Made by a program: the position numbers and the translations under genes. A DNA stretch of 64,000 nt, taken from assembly GCF_036971445.1 (NCBI RefSeq), contig NC_091471.1, positions 868,001 to 932,000 of the forward strand. Reading direction: 5' to 3'. The notes beneath the pieces are model-generated. The model saw nothing but the letters and a program-made list of their open reading frames with translations. It was not told where the DNA came from and did not search any database. This DNA is from Narcine bancroftii. Its lineage: Eukaryota. Each line of letters opens with the position of its first letter. The stretch's first letter is position 1. Below, piece by piece: positions 35,900 through 48,755 of the stretch.

Positions 35900-38255
35900 G
35901 GAGGAGGAGGGCGGAGGGAGCTGTCAATCAGACGAGGCGGGGAGAGGCGAGGTGTCAATCAGAGAAGGCGAGGCTGGAGAGTTGTTTATCAGAGGAGGCG
36001 GGGCGGGGTGAGCTGACAATCAGAGGAGGCGGGAGCTGTCAATCAGAGGAGGCGGGGCGGGGTGAGCTGACAATCAGAGGAGGCGGGAGCTGTCAATCAG
36101 AGGAGGCGGGGCGGGGGTGACCTGTCCATCAGTGGAGGCGGGGCGGGGAGAGCTGACAATCAGAGGAGGCGGAGCTGTCAATCAGAGAGGCGGGGCGGGG
36201 TGAGCTGACAATCAGAGGAGACGGGAGTTGACAACCAGAGGAGGCGGGGCAGGGTGAGATGTCAATCAGAGGAGGAGGGGGCGGGGTGAGATGTCCATCG
36301 GAGTAGGCGGAGCGGAGCGAGATGTCCATCAGAGGAGGCGGGGCGGGTTATCTGTCCATCAGAGGAGGCTGGGCGGGGTGAGCTGTCCATCAGAGGAGGG
36401 GGCGGGGTGAGCTGTCCATCAGAGGAGGGGGCGGGGTGAGCTGTCCATCAAAGGAGGGGGCGGGGTGAGCTGTCCATCAGAGGAGGCGGGGTGTGTGAGC
36501 TGTCCATCAGAGGGGGCGGGGGCTGAGCGAACTGTCCATCAGAGGAGGCTGGGCGGGTGAGCTGTCCATCAGAGGAGGTGGGGCGGGTAGGCTCTCCATC
36601 AGAGGTGGGGGCGGGGTGAGCTGTCCATCAGAGGAGGGGGCGGGGTGAGCAGTCCAACAGAGGGGGCGAGGCTGAGCGAGCTGTCCATCAGAGGAGGCGG
36701 GGCGGGGTGAGCTGTCCATCAGAGGAGGCGGGGCGTGTGAGCTGTCCATCAGAGGAGGCGGGGCGTGTGAGCTGTCCATCAGATGAGGCGGGGCGTGTGA
36801 GCTGTCCATCAGAGGAGGGGGCGGGGTGAGCTGACAATCAGAGGAGGCGGGAGCTGTCAATCAGAGGAGGCGGGGCGGGGTGACCTGTCCATCAGAGGAT
36901 GCGGGGCGGGGTGAGCTGACAATCAGAGGAGGCGGGAGCTGTCAATCAGAGGAGGCGGGGCGGGGTGAGCTGACAATCAGAGGAGACGGGAGTTGACAAC
37001 CAGAGGAGGCGGGGCAGGGTGAGATGTCAATCAGAGGAGGAGGGGGCGGGGTGAGATGTCCATCGGAGTAGGCGGAGCGGAGCGAGATGTCCATCAGAGG
37101 AGGCGGGGCGGGTTATCTGTCCATCAGAGGAGGCTGGGCGGGGTGAGCTGTCCATCAGAGGAGGGGGCGGGGGTGAGCTGTCCATCAGAGGAGGGGGCGG
37201 GGGTGAGCTGTCCATCAGAGGAGGGGGCGGGGTGAGCTGTCCATCAGAGGAGGCGGGGTGTGTGAGCTGTCCATCAGAGGGGGCGGGGCTGAGCGAACTG
37301 TCCATCAGAGGAGGCTGGGCGGGTGAGCTGTCCATCAGAGGAGGTGGGGCGGGTAGGCTCTCCATCAGAGGAGGGGGCGGGGTGAGCTGTCCATCAGAGG
37401 AGGGGGCGGGGTGAGCTGTCCAACAGAGGAGGCGGGGCGTGTGAGCTGTCCATCAGAGGAGGCGAGGCTGAGCGAGCTGTCCATCAGAGGAGGCGGGGCG
37501 GGGTGAGCTGTCCATCAGAGGAGGCGGGGCGTGTGAGCTGTCCATCAGAGGAGGCGGGGCGTGTGAGCTGTCATCAGAGGAGGCGGGGCGTGTGAGCTGT
37601 CCATCAGAGGAGGCGGGGCGGGAGAGCTGTCCGTCAGAGGAGGGAGCGGGTGAGCTGTCCGTCAGAGGAGGGAACGGGTGAGCTGTCCGTCAGAGAAGGC
37701 GGGGCGAGCTGTCCATCAGAGGAGGAGGGGCGGAGCGAGCTGTCCGTCAGAGGAGGGGGCGAGGTGAACTTTCCGTCAGAGGAGGCGGGCGGGTGAGCTG
37801 TCCGTCAGAGGAGGGGGCGGGTGAGCTGTCCATCAGAGGGGGCGGGGCTGAGCGAACTGTCCATCAGAGGAGGCTGGGCGGGTGAGCTGTCCATCAGAGG
37901 AGGGGGCGAGGTGAACTTTCCGTCAGAGGAGGCGGGCGGGTGAGCTGTCCGTCAGAGGAGGGGGCGGGTGAGCTGTCCATCAGAGGAGGCGGGGCGTGTG
38001 AGCTGTCCATCAGAGGAGGCGGGGCGTGTGAGCTGTCCATCAGAGGAGGCGGGGCGTGTGAGCTGTCCATCAGAGGAGGGGGCGGGGTGAGCTGTCCATC
38101 AGAGGAGGCGGGGCGTGTGAGCTGTCCATCAGAGGAGGCGGGGCGTGTGAGCTGTCCATCAGAGGAGGCGGGGCGGGCGAGCTGTCTATCAGAGGAGGGG
38201 GCGGAGTGAGCTGTCCATCAGAGGAGGCGGGGCGTGTGAGCTGTCCATCAGAGGA
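35900..38255. repeat. About 30-bp tandem array GAGCTGTC(A/C)ATCAGAGGAGGCGGGGCGGGGT containing GC-box and TALE-homeodomain-like motifs
   Basis: Directly visible, with an internal duplication of about 765 bp (marker GAGTAGGCGG at 36301 and about 37066). Confidence 0.93.
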
Positions 38256-38589
38256 GCGGCCGGCCCGGGTCAGCGAGACGTTCCCAGGTGAAATCTGCCC
38301 CCGGGGAAACGCAGTGTGAATCGTGACCGGGAAGAAGGTGGAAGAAAGCAGCGAGGAAGGGGGGACAGAGTCTGAGCGACTGTCAGGAGGGGGAGGAAGG
38401 GCCCTGGATGATGGGAACCAGCCCGGAACCTCCGTCCTGGATCGTTCCCTTTGCTACATCAGGACACGGTTGGAGCTGCCGAGTTTCTCCCGCCTTGTGT
38501 GTTTCCACTTCAACCCGGGGTCTGCACTTCCGGGTTTCACTTGGTGCAAACAAACGAACGATGCAAAGCAGGAAAGAAATCTCCAAGAA

Positions 38590-39570
38590 CAAATCAAGTT
38601 CAAAGTGAGAGTCCTTCAACGAGTCGTTGACGGGTCTGATGGTGGAGGGGGAGCAGCTGTTCCCGAACCTGCTGCTGGGAGTCCTGTGGCCCCGACCCCT
38701 CTTCCTGATGGCAGCAGCGAGAACAGAGCGTCTGCTGGGTGGGGTGGGTCTTTGATGGTCGCTGCTGCTCTCCATCCGTGTCCTCGATGGTGGGGAGGCT
38801 TTTGCCAGTGATGTATTGGGCTGTGTCCATGATGTTTTGCAGATCTTTCCGCTCAGGGCTATTGGTGCCCACCGACCAGGCTCACACTTTCCACAACCCT
38901 CTCAATCAGTTGGCCAGTTTTTGATGTCGTCCCAACCCTCCGCAAACTCTGAAGAAGGTGCAGGTGCTGACGTGCTTTCGTCACCATGACATTCGTGTGT
39001 TGGGTCCAGGAAAGGTCCTCAGAAATAGTGGCTCCCAGGAATTTAAATGTGCTCACCCTCTGATTCCCCAATGATCACTGGATCGTTCATCTCTGGTTTT
39101 CCCCTCGTGAGATCCACAATCACTTTCTTGGATTTGGTGACATTGAGTCTCTCCTGCCCGCTGACATTATCACCCCTTTAATTTGGGGGGATCGTCAGCA
39201 AATTGTCAATGGTTATTGTCACGCAGAGCGACACAATCAGAAGTGTAAAGTAAGCAGAGCAGGGGGCTAAGAACACAGCCCTGTGGTGCTCTGGTACTGA
39301 TGGAGATTGTGGAGGAGATGTTCTTCCCGACCTTCACTGATTGTGGTCTGGAGGTGAGGAAATCCAGGATCCATTACACGGTGGGGTATTGAGACCCAGG
39401 TCTTCGAGTTTGCTGATCATTCAGGGAATATTGGCGTTGAATGCCATACTGAAGTTGGTGAAGAGCATCGTGGTACACGTGTCTTTGCTGTCCATTTGTT
39501 CCAGGGCTTTGTGCAGAGCCTGTAAGATGGAATTTGCTGTACAGATGTTGCCGAGGGTAAGTAAATTGGA
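38590..39570 (-). mobile_element. Rex/Babar-type LINE 3' half, degenerate
   Basis: FKFLGATISEDLSWTQHT..TKARQHLHLL and an [11 protein letters not shown]-encoding segment on the minus strand. Confidence 0.75.
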
Positions 39571-40339
39571 ACAGAACCTCCGTCAAAAAAGCAGCTGCTT
39601 CCGCCTGACTGAGGGTGCGGACACTCCCTCCTCACCATCCCAGTTTTGTTGGGCCGGTGGAGATCATGTCCCCTCGTAGCCTGGGCCTTTTCTGGTGTTG
39701 TGCACATGCGCAAAAGTTTGCACAAGTGCAGTTGTTCTTCCTGGTCAGGAGTGGGCCAACACTGCACACCAGTGCCATCTTGTGTTGAGGACACCTTACT
39801 GGTGGACTGGCATTGCCGTTTGGGTGGAGAGTAAATCGAGTCCACAGTCTGCGTTGGTAAGGTAGGCTGAAATTCCTATGTTGTAGCTGATTTAATAGCT
39901 GGGGTTTTTTTTAGCAATTGGAGTTTTAGTTTTCCTCATTATTGCTAGGTAAATACTTCAACGATACAATATGCAATTTTTAAAATAATGTTAACACTTT
40001 TATACAGGATTTTTAAAGTTCTGCCTGGAGGGGGTGTTTTTCCACATCTTCTCCCTACACCATCCCACCACAGCCCTTCCTCCCCCCCCCCACGGAGTCT
40101 TGATACACTATCAATAATACCAAATGGCTTGAGTTGGTGGGCAACCATAAGACTTGCACCCTGCTCCTCTTCTCTCCTGATCCCAGGACTCGTACTGAGG
40201 GAGGGACTTGGCTTAACTGCCTTTTGTAGGGGATTGCAGGGGGTGAGGTCACCAAGGGAAGGCGGACCAGCCATACATACAAGCCAAGCATATATGCAGT
40301 GCCAATAACCAAGTAACACCATATTCACCCCCTTTTAAA

Positions 40340-41230
40340 AGATGCAGATGCAATATCGCTGGCTCTCCACTCAACTCTGGTTCACCTCAAAAACAACAAA
40401 CTCATAAATACGGCTTCTTCCACAGCTCAGCCCTTCAACACCATTATTCCCTCAGTACTGGTCAAGAAGCTACAAACTCTAGACCTCTGTACCCCCTCTG
40501 CAACTGGATCTTTGACTTTCTCATTGGAAGGCCATAGTCCGTACGAATTGGAAACCACGTCTCCTCCTCACTGATCATCAACACAGGTTGCACCCCAAGG
40601 ATGTGTGCTTAGCCCACTGCTCTACTCGTTATATAGCCGTGTCCGTGGCCAGCCACAATTCCAATGCTATTACAAGTTTTCTGATGACACCCACATTTGT
40701 CGGCAGAATCACAAACGGCAATGAAGAAGTGTACAGTGGGGAGAGAGATCAACTCGTTGAATGGTTTAAGGACAACAACCATATGCTCAACATCAGCAAA
40801 ACTAAGGAGGCGATTGTGGACTTCAGGAGGAAGTCAGGGGAACTCGATCCAGTCCTCATTGAGGGCTCAGTAGTGGAGGGGTGTCAAGAACTTCAAATTC
40901 CTGGGTCCAACATCTCCTGAGGATCCATCCACGTTGATGCAATCACAAAGGGGTCTCGCCAGCGGGCTATACTTTGTGAGGTGTCTGAGGCGGTTGGCGG
41001 TCACTGAAGACTCTAGTAAACATTTACAGCTGTACCATAGAGACATTCTGGCTAGTTGCATCACTGCCTGGTACGAAGGCACAACTCTCAGGACAAGAAT
41101 AAACTCCAGAGGGTTAACTCGGCGACATCGCTCCATCGAGGACGTCGACGAGCAGCTTCTCTCCTCAAGGACCCCACCACCCAGGCCACGTCCTCATCAC
41201 GCTGCTCCCCTTGGGGAGAGGTCCCGGAGC
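40340..41230 (+). mobile_element. Rex/Babar-type LINE RT fragment
   Basis: [38 protein letters not shown] and ILASCITAWY. Confidence 0.8.
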
Positions 41231-41239
41231 AGATGGCGA

Positions 41240-41520
41240 ATGATCCGTGACCCCAACATGGCCTCACTGGACCAGATCAGGGACTTTTTCCAGGCATTCT
41301 TGTCACGTGGTTTTTAACAAACACCCACTGATCAGGGAGCAGGTGACGTCCCGGCCACGTGGTCCTCACCGGCGCGTCTCAGCCCCACCTGCTGGCCGCC
41401 TGCCGCATGTGCAGCTCGGGTTTGAACATTCATCTGATTGGGCCGTGGTGCTCACGTGTCGGCGCCGCCATGTCGGATCCCTTCAGCTGCGAGTGTGAGG
41501 AAGGGTTCGCCGGTAAGATT
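41240..41520 (+). promoter_or_regulatory. CpG-rich promoter and first exon (putative ZNF-C); donor CCG|GTAAGA at 41512/41513
   Basis: GTCACGTGG at 41302, TGACGTC at 41344, CCACGTGG at 41355, CTCF-like 41381-41398, ATTGG at 41437, CACGTG at 41453, and GCCGCCATG (YY1/Kozak-like) with ATG at 41470. Confidence 0.62.
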
Positions 41521-41709
41521 GGTGTATTTGCCTGAAGTTCCGTCTGTATTGAAGCCCCTGAATGTGTATGAGGGCGGGGAGCAGTTGCTGGGAGCTGGAG
41601 CTGCTGATCTGTGGGCCGAGTTGGTGGTGCAGGAGCCACATGAACCCAGATCGGGGCCCGGCCCAGTCTGGGGCCGAAAGGCCGAGAAAAGGGCCCATTG
41701 AGGACAACG

Positions 41710-44700
41710 GGGACCGGCAGGGGAGCGGGGAGACGCTCTCGCCTCTTCCTCCCTTGGGCCTGGTGGCGGCCGGGGTGGTGCTGGACGCTGGGCCCTTGTG
41801 GGGGCTGGACGCTGGGTCTGGGTGGGGGCTGGTCACAGGGACCCGCAGGGGAGCAGGGAGCCGCTCTCTCCTCTTCCTCACTTGGGGGCCCTGGGTGACG
41901 GCTGGGGGGGGCTGGACGCTGGGCCCTGGTGGGGGTTGGTCACAGGGGCCCCCAGGGAAGCAGGGAGCCGCTCTCGCCTCTTTCTCCCTTGGGCCTGGTG
42001 ACGGCTTGGGGGGGGGGGGGGGGGCTGGACGCTGGGCACAGGTGGGGGCTGGTCACAGGGACGCCCAGGGGAGCAGGGAGCCGCTCTCTCCTCTTCCTCA
42101 CTTGGGGGCCCTGGTGACGGCTGGGGGGGGCTGGACGCTGGGCCCTGGTGGGGGTTGGTCACAGGGGCCCCCAGGGGAGCAGGGAGCCGCTCTCGCCTCT
42201 TTCTCCCTTGGGCCCTGGTGACGGCTGGGGGGGGGGGGGGGCTGGACGCTGGGCACAGGTGGGGGCTGGTCACAGGGCACGCCCAGGGGAGCAGGGAGCC
42301 GCTCTCTCCTCTTCCTCACTTGGGGGCCCTGGTGACGGCTGGGGGGGGCTGGACGCTGGGCCCTGGTGGGGGGTTGGTCACAGGGGCCCCCAGGGGAGCA
42401 GGGAGCCGCTCTCGCCTCTTCCTCACTTGGGGGCCCTGGGGGGGGGCTGGACGCTGGGTCTGGGTGGGGGCTGGTCACAGGGACCCGCAGGGGAGCGGGG
42501 AGCCACTCTCGCCTCTTCCTCCCTTGGGCCCTGGTGGCGGCCGGGGTGGTGCTGGACGCTGGGCCCTGGTGGGGGTTGGTCACAATGACCTGCAGGGGAG
42601 CGGGGTGCCGCTCTCGCCTCTTCCTCCCTTGGGCCCTTGGTGGCGGCTGGGGGGCTGGTCACAGGGACCCGCAGGGGAGCAGGGAGCCGCTCTCGCCTCT
42701 TCCTCCCTTGGGCCCTGGTGGCGGCCGGGGTGGTGCTGGACGCTGGGCCCTTGTGGGGGCTGGACGCTGGTCTGGGTGGGGGCTGGTCACAGGGACCCGC
42801 AGGGGAGCAGGGTGCCGCTCTCGCCTCTTCCTCCCTTGGGCCCTGGTGGCGGCTGGGGGGCTGGTCACAGGGACCCGCAGGGGAGCAGGGAGCCGCTCTC
42901 GCCTCTTCCTCCCTTGGGCCCTGGTGGCAGGCCGGGGTGGTGCTGGACGCTGGGCCCTTGTGGGGGCTGGACGCTGGGTCTGGGTGGGGGCTGGTCACAG
43001 GGGCCCCCAGGGGAGCAGGGAGCCGCTCTCGCCTCTTTCTCCCTTGGGCCCTGGTGACGGCTGGGGGGGGGGGGGGGGGCTGGACGCTGGGCACAGGTGG
43101 GGCTGGTCACAGGGACGCCCAGGTGAGCAGGGAGCCGCTCTCGCCTCTTCCTCCCTTGGGCCCTGGTGGCGGCTGGGGGGCTGGACGCAGGGCCCGGGTG
43201 GGGGCTGGTCACAGGGACCCGCAGGGGGAGCGGGGAGCCACTCTCGCCTCTTCCTCCCTTGGGCCCTGGTGGCAGCTGGGGGGCTGGTCACAGGGACCAG
43301 CAGGGGAGCGGGGGAGCCACTCTCGCCTCTTCCTCCCTTGGGCCCTGGTGGCGGCTGGGGGGCTGGACGCAGGGCCCGGGTGGGGATGGTCACAGGGACC
43401 AGCAGGGGAGCGGGGAGCCACTATCGCCTCTTCCTCCCTTGGGCCCTGGTGGCGGCTGGGGGGCTGGACGCAGGGCCCGGGTGGGGGATGGTCACAGGGA
43501 CCAGCAGGGGAGCGGGGAGCCACTATCGCCTCTTCCTCCCTTGGGCCCTGGTGGCGGCTGGGGGCTGGACGCAGGGCCCGGGTGGGGGCTGGTCACAGGG
43601 ACCCGCAGGGAGCGGGGGTGCCGCTCTCGCCTTTTCCTCCCTTGGGCCCTGGTGCGGCTGGGGGGCTGGACGCTGGGCCCGGGTGGGGGTTGGTCACAGG
43701 GACCCGCAGGGGAGCGGGGTGCCGCTCTCGCCTCTTCCTCCCTTGGGCCATGGTGGCGGCCGGGGTTGTGCTGGACGCTGGGCCCTGGTGGGGGTTGGTC
43801 ACAGGGACCCGCAGGGGAGCGGGGTGCCGCTCTCGCCTCTTCCTCCCTTGGGCCCTGGTGGCGGCTGGGGGGCTGGACGCTGGGCCCGGGTGGGGGTTGG
43901 TCACAGGGACCCCCGCAGGGGAGCCACTCTCGCCTCTTCCTCCTTGGGCCCTGGTGGTGGCCGGGGTGGTGCTGGACGCTGGGCCCTGGTGGGGGCTGGA
44001 CGCTGGGTCTGGGTGGGGGCTGGTCACAGGGACCCGCAGGGGAGCGGGGGTGCCGCTCTCGCCTCTTCCTCCCTTGGGTCCCTGGTGGCGGCCGGGTGGT
44101 GCTGGACGCTGGGCCCTGGTGGGGGTTGGTCACAGGGACCCGCAGGGGAGCGGGGGTGCCGCTCTCGCCTCTTCCTCCCTTGGGCCCTGGTGGCGGCTGG
44201 GGGGCTGGACGCTGGGCCCGGGTGGGGGTTGGTCACAGGGACCCGCAGGGGAGCCACTCTCGCCTCTTCCTCCCTTGGGCCCTGGTGGCGGCCGGGGTGG
44301 TGCTGGACGCTGGGCCCTGGTGGGGGCTGGACGCTGGGTCTGGGTGGGGGCTGGTCACAGGGACCCGCAGGGGAGCGGGGTGCCGCTCTCGCCTCTTCCT
44401 CCCTTGGGCCTGGTGGCGGCTGGGGGGCTTTAAGCTGGGCTAGGGTGGGGGCTGGTCACAGGGACCCGCAGAGGAGCAAGGAGCCTGTCTCGCTTCTTCC
44501 TCCCTTGGGCCCTGATGGCGGCTGGGGGGGATGGGGGCTGGTCACAAGGACCCCCAGGGGAGCGGGGAGCCACTCTCGCCTCTTCCTCCCTTGGGCCCTG
44601 GTGGCAGCTGGGGGGCTGGACGCAGGGCCCGGGTAGGGGATGGACGCAGGGCCCGGGTGGGGGCTGGACGCAGGGCCCGGGTGGGGGCTGGACGCAGGGC

Positions 44701-46930
44701 CCGGGTGGGGGCTGGACGCAGGGCCCGGGTGGGGGCTGGACGCAGGGCCCGGGGTGGGGGCTGGTCACAGGGACCCGCAGGGGAGCGGGGAGCCACTCTC
44801 GCCTCTTCCTCCCTTGGGCCCTGGTGGCGGCCGGGGTGGTGCTGGACGCTGGGCCCTGGTGGGGGCTGGACGCTGGGCCCTGGTGGGGGTTGGTCACAGG
44901 GGCCCCCAGGGGAGCAGGGAGCCGCTCTCGCCTCTTTCTCCCTTGGGCCCTGGTGACGGCTGGGGGGGGGGGGGGGGCTGGACGCAGGGCCCGGGTGGGG
45001 GCTGGTCACAGGGACCCGCAGGGGAGCAGGGAGCCGCTCTCGCCTCTTCCTCCCTTGGGCCCTGGTGGCGGCTGGGGGGCTGGACGCAGGGCCCAGGTGG
45101 GGGCTGGTCACAGGGACCCGCAGGGGAGCAGGGAGCCACTCTCGCCACTTCCTCCCTTGGGCCCTGGTGGGGACTGTGGGGCTGGACGCTGGGTCTGGGT
45201 GGGGGCTGGTCACAGGGACCCGCAGGGGAGCAGGGAGCCGCTCTCGCCTCTTCCTCACTTGGGGGCCCTGGTGACGGCTGGGGGGGGCTGGACGCTGGGC
45301 CCTGGTGGGGGTTGGTCACAGGGGCCCCCAGGGGAGCAGGGAGCCGCTCTCGCCTCTTTCTCCCTTGGGCCCTGGTGACGGCTGGGGGGGGGGGGGGGGG
45401 GGGGGGGTGGGGCTGGACGCTGGGCACAGGTGGGGGCTGGTCACAGGGACGCCCAGGGGAGCAGGGAGCCGCTCTCGCCACTTCCTCCCTTGGGCCATGG
45501 TGGGGACTGGTGGGCTAGACGCTGGGCCAGGGTGGGGGCTGGTCACAGGGACCCGCAGGGGAGCAGGGAGCCGCTCTCGCCCTTTCCTCCCTTGGGCCCT
45601 GGTGGGGACTGTGGGGCTGGACGCTGAGCCTAGGTGGGGGCTGGTCACAGGGACCCGCAGGGGAGTAGGTAGCCGCTCTCGCCTCTTCCTCCCTCTGGCC
45701 CTGGTAGCGGCTGGGGGGCTGGTCGCTGGGCGAGGGTGGGGGCTGTTCACAGGGACACCCAGGGGAGCAGGGAGCAGCTCTCACCTCTTCTTCCCTTGGG
45801 CCCTGGTGGCAGCTGGGGGGCTGGACGCTGGGCCCGTGTGGGGGCTGTTCACAGGGACCCCTAGGGGAACAGGGAGACGCTCTCGCTTTTTCCTCCTTTG
45901 GGCCCTGGTGGCGGCTGGGGTGCTGGATGCTGGGCCCTGGTGGGGGCTGTTGACAGGGATGCCTAGGGGAGCAGGGAGCCGCTCTCGCTTCTTCCTCCCT
46001 TGGGCCCTGGTGGCGGCTGGGGGGCTTTAAGCTGGGCTAGGGTGGGGGATGGTCACAGGGACCCGCAGAGGAGCAAGGAGCCTGTCTCGCTTCTTCCTCC
46101 CTTGGGCCCTGATGGCGGCTGGGGGGGATGGGGGCTGGTCACAAGGACCCCCAGGGGAGCAGGGATCCGCTCTCGCCTCTTCCTCCCTTGGGCCCTGGTG
46201 GCGGCTGGGGGGGATAGGGGCTGGTCACAAGGACCCCCAGGGAGCCGCTCTCGCCTCTTCCTCCCTTGGGCCCTCCTGGGGGCTGGGGGGCTGGACGCTG
46301 GCCCCGGGTGGGAGCTGGTCACAGGGACCCCCAGTGGAGCAGGGACACGCTCTGGCTTCTTCAGTGGGGATTTCTTCCACCGGGCCACGGTGGGGGTTGG
46401 ACACTGGTCCCTGGTGGGGACTGGTGGGCTGGATGCTGGGTCCGGCCCCTCGTGAGCAGGGACGCTCTTGCTTCTTCACTGGGGAATTTCTCCTGTGGGC
46501 AGGTTGCAGGGCCTGGGCCCTCGTGGGGTCAAGGCACTGGGCTCTGGTGGAGGCTGGACTTTGGGCTAGGGTGGGGGCTGGTCACATGGACCCCTAGGGG
46601 AGCAGGGAGATGCTCGCTTCTTCCTCCCTTGGGCCCTGGTGGGGGTTGGGGGGCTGGACACTGGTCCTGGGTGGGGGCTGTTCACAGAAACCCCCAGGGG
46701 AGCAGGGAGCCGCTCTCGCCTCTTCCTCCCTTGGGTCCTGGTTGGCTTTGGACACTGGTGGCGGCAGATCGCTAGGACATGGTGGGAGCTGGTTGCTGGG
46801 CCCCGCAGGGGAGGAGAGAGCTGCTTTCGCCTCTTCACTGGGGATTTCCTCCCCTGGTCACAGTGAGGGGGCTGGTCGCTGGTCTAGGGTGGGGGCTGTC
46901 CACTGGTGGGGGCTGGTGACAGGTCACTGC
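41710..46930. repeat. GC-rich satellite, right arm (reverse complement of the 28600-33740 family)
   Basis: Monomer GGGGCTGGTCACAGGGACCCGCAGGGGAGCGGGGAGCCACTCTCGCCTCTTCCTCCCTTGGGCCC. Confidence 0.95.
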
Positions 46931-47099
46931 ACTAGTGGAGATTGGTCACTGGTCTCAAGTCACTGGTGGGCATTGTCCACAGGTCCACAAACTGAGAAGG
47001 GAGATTTCAGAATTAGATGGAAAGTGTCAGTTTAAAATGGGGTCTGGAGGGGATATGGGGAGGCTGCATTTATGGGCCACATTCACCCTGGAAGCTGAT

Positions 47100-48755
47100 A
47101 AGATGCTCCATATCTTGTGGAGTGATGGGAGACTAATTAACGAATCCTGAGAGAATTTTTAGGAATATGTACTTATGAGGAGCAGTCCCTTTGAATGTTG
47201 CAGAAACTACAGATAAGGAACTATAAATTCTGTGATTTTGGAAACCCGTGTAACTCCTATCCAGTAATTTATCAGCTTTGGGCTGTGGTTTCTTGCTGTA
47301 ACTGACTTCTCACATTTTGCAAAGTCTTTAGAAGTTTATGCAGTTGAATTTGTTTTGGAGCAACCCAAGTCCATTTTAACATATGGCGTAGTTGGCAGTA
47401 TCCCAAGACAGGAATCATGGCTCAAATTCGGGCTGAATCACTGGCCAGGCTGGTGTTGAATAAACAGAGGGAGATAGGACACCCAGTGTAAATGTACTTT
47501 GACCTCCCACCATCAGTCCCCTGGTGATACAGTCCCTTGCCCAAGGTTGACTGGAATGCCTTGATGGGATCCACAAAAGGACCAGCAGGAAGGAATACGG
47601 GTTGCACTAGGTTATGTATTTTAATGGGACAGCAAGTTCGGGATACTCAGTCAATTGAATCTGAAAGTCTATTTGGGAATTAGGAAGTGAGCTGCATGAC
47701 TTTGTCTATTATCAGTGGGAAGGATTGGGCAGCGAGTCTGGTTGAACTCAGTTTATTGAGGAAATTGGGAATTAGACCACAAGTCAGGGGCGTCAGTCTA
47801 TTGGGGGAGGGCAATAACTGCTCAGTGAGTTCCTAATGTTCGGTGTAGTGCAGTTATTAGGTTAAAGAGGAGAAGGTACAGATCTGGAAATGAAAAAGTT
47901 TGGCGTGGCAGCCAGGAAAATACAGAGGAAAAAATGTGTGATACAGAGGACAGAGAGATAAGATTAAGGGCAGGGCTGACTAACTGGGCGAAGAAGTATG
48001 GCCCGTAGTGAGGGGGTGGGGTGGAAAACAGGCTGAGCGAGCTTGTTGACAAAGATAGTGGTTCCAAGTGGGGAATAGCTGGAAAGAAAATGCACAAGGA
48101 AGAAAGGACTGGTCCATGCTGGCAGGAAAGATCATGGTGGGTCCCAACCCCATGGCTGGCTTACTGACCTTGTTTGAGGGAAGCGCTTTTGAACAGACTG
48201 ATGATCATTGAATTGCCTGATGTCCTCGTGGTTTCGCTGCTGTATCCCTGCTCACCTGCTGCTTTCCTTGCATTGACAGTTATCTCTTGGTTCCTTCAGT
48301 TTCCCCTGTTCCTTCACGGGTGGGGGGGGGAGAGGGGGAGGGAAGGTAGAGATGGGGTGGGGGTGGGTGAAGGAAGAGGTGGAGAGAGAGAGAGAGAGAG
48401 AAAAAAAAACCTTCAACTGCTTCCCCATATGACTGACCACCCTTTATGTGGATGGCTGCTCTTTTATTCATGATACTGGTCAGTGATGCTTTGTGCTATT
48501 ATTTCTAATTCTGAAAGTGTTTTATCTGCTCAAAAAGCTGAACTTTTTGCACTCATCTGTGTGTGCATTTTAAGGGCTGGTTATTCTGTTAACATCTCTT
48601 CTGTTTACTCTTTTAAAATCTGTAAAAAGCTCCGCAGCTCCCTGTCAAACTGTCTGAGAATAGGTTTACTGCGCACACACACAATGCCCCTTTGCAAAGT
48701 CATTAAAAGCTGAATGTGTATTTGTTTTGGAGCAACCTCAGGCCCACGTTCAACA
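47100..48755 (+). mobile_element. Internally deleted class I ERV: 5' LTR end 47381, tRNA-Ser PBS, RNase H remnant, 3' LTR end 48755
   Basis: TTTGCAAAGTC...TTTGTTTTGGAGCAACC...AACA occurs at about 47317-47381 and 48691-48755. TGGCGTAGTTGGCAGTAT at 47384 is two mismatches from the tRNA-Ser PBS. SAQKAELFAL...GYSVNI is an RNase H motif. Confidence 0.7.
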
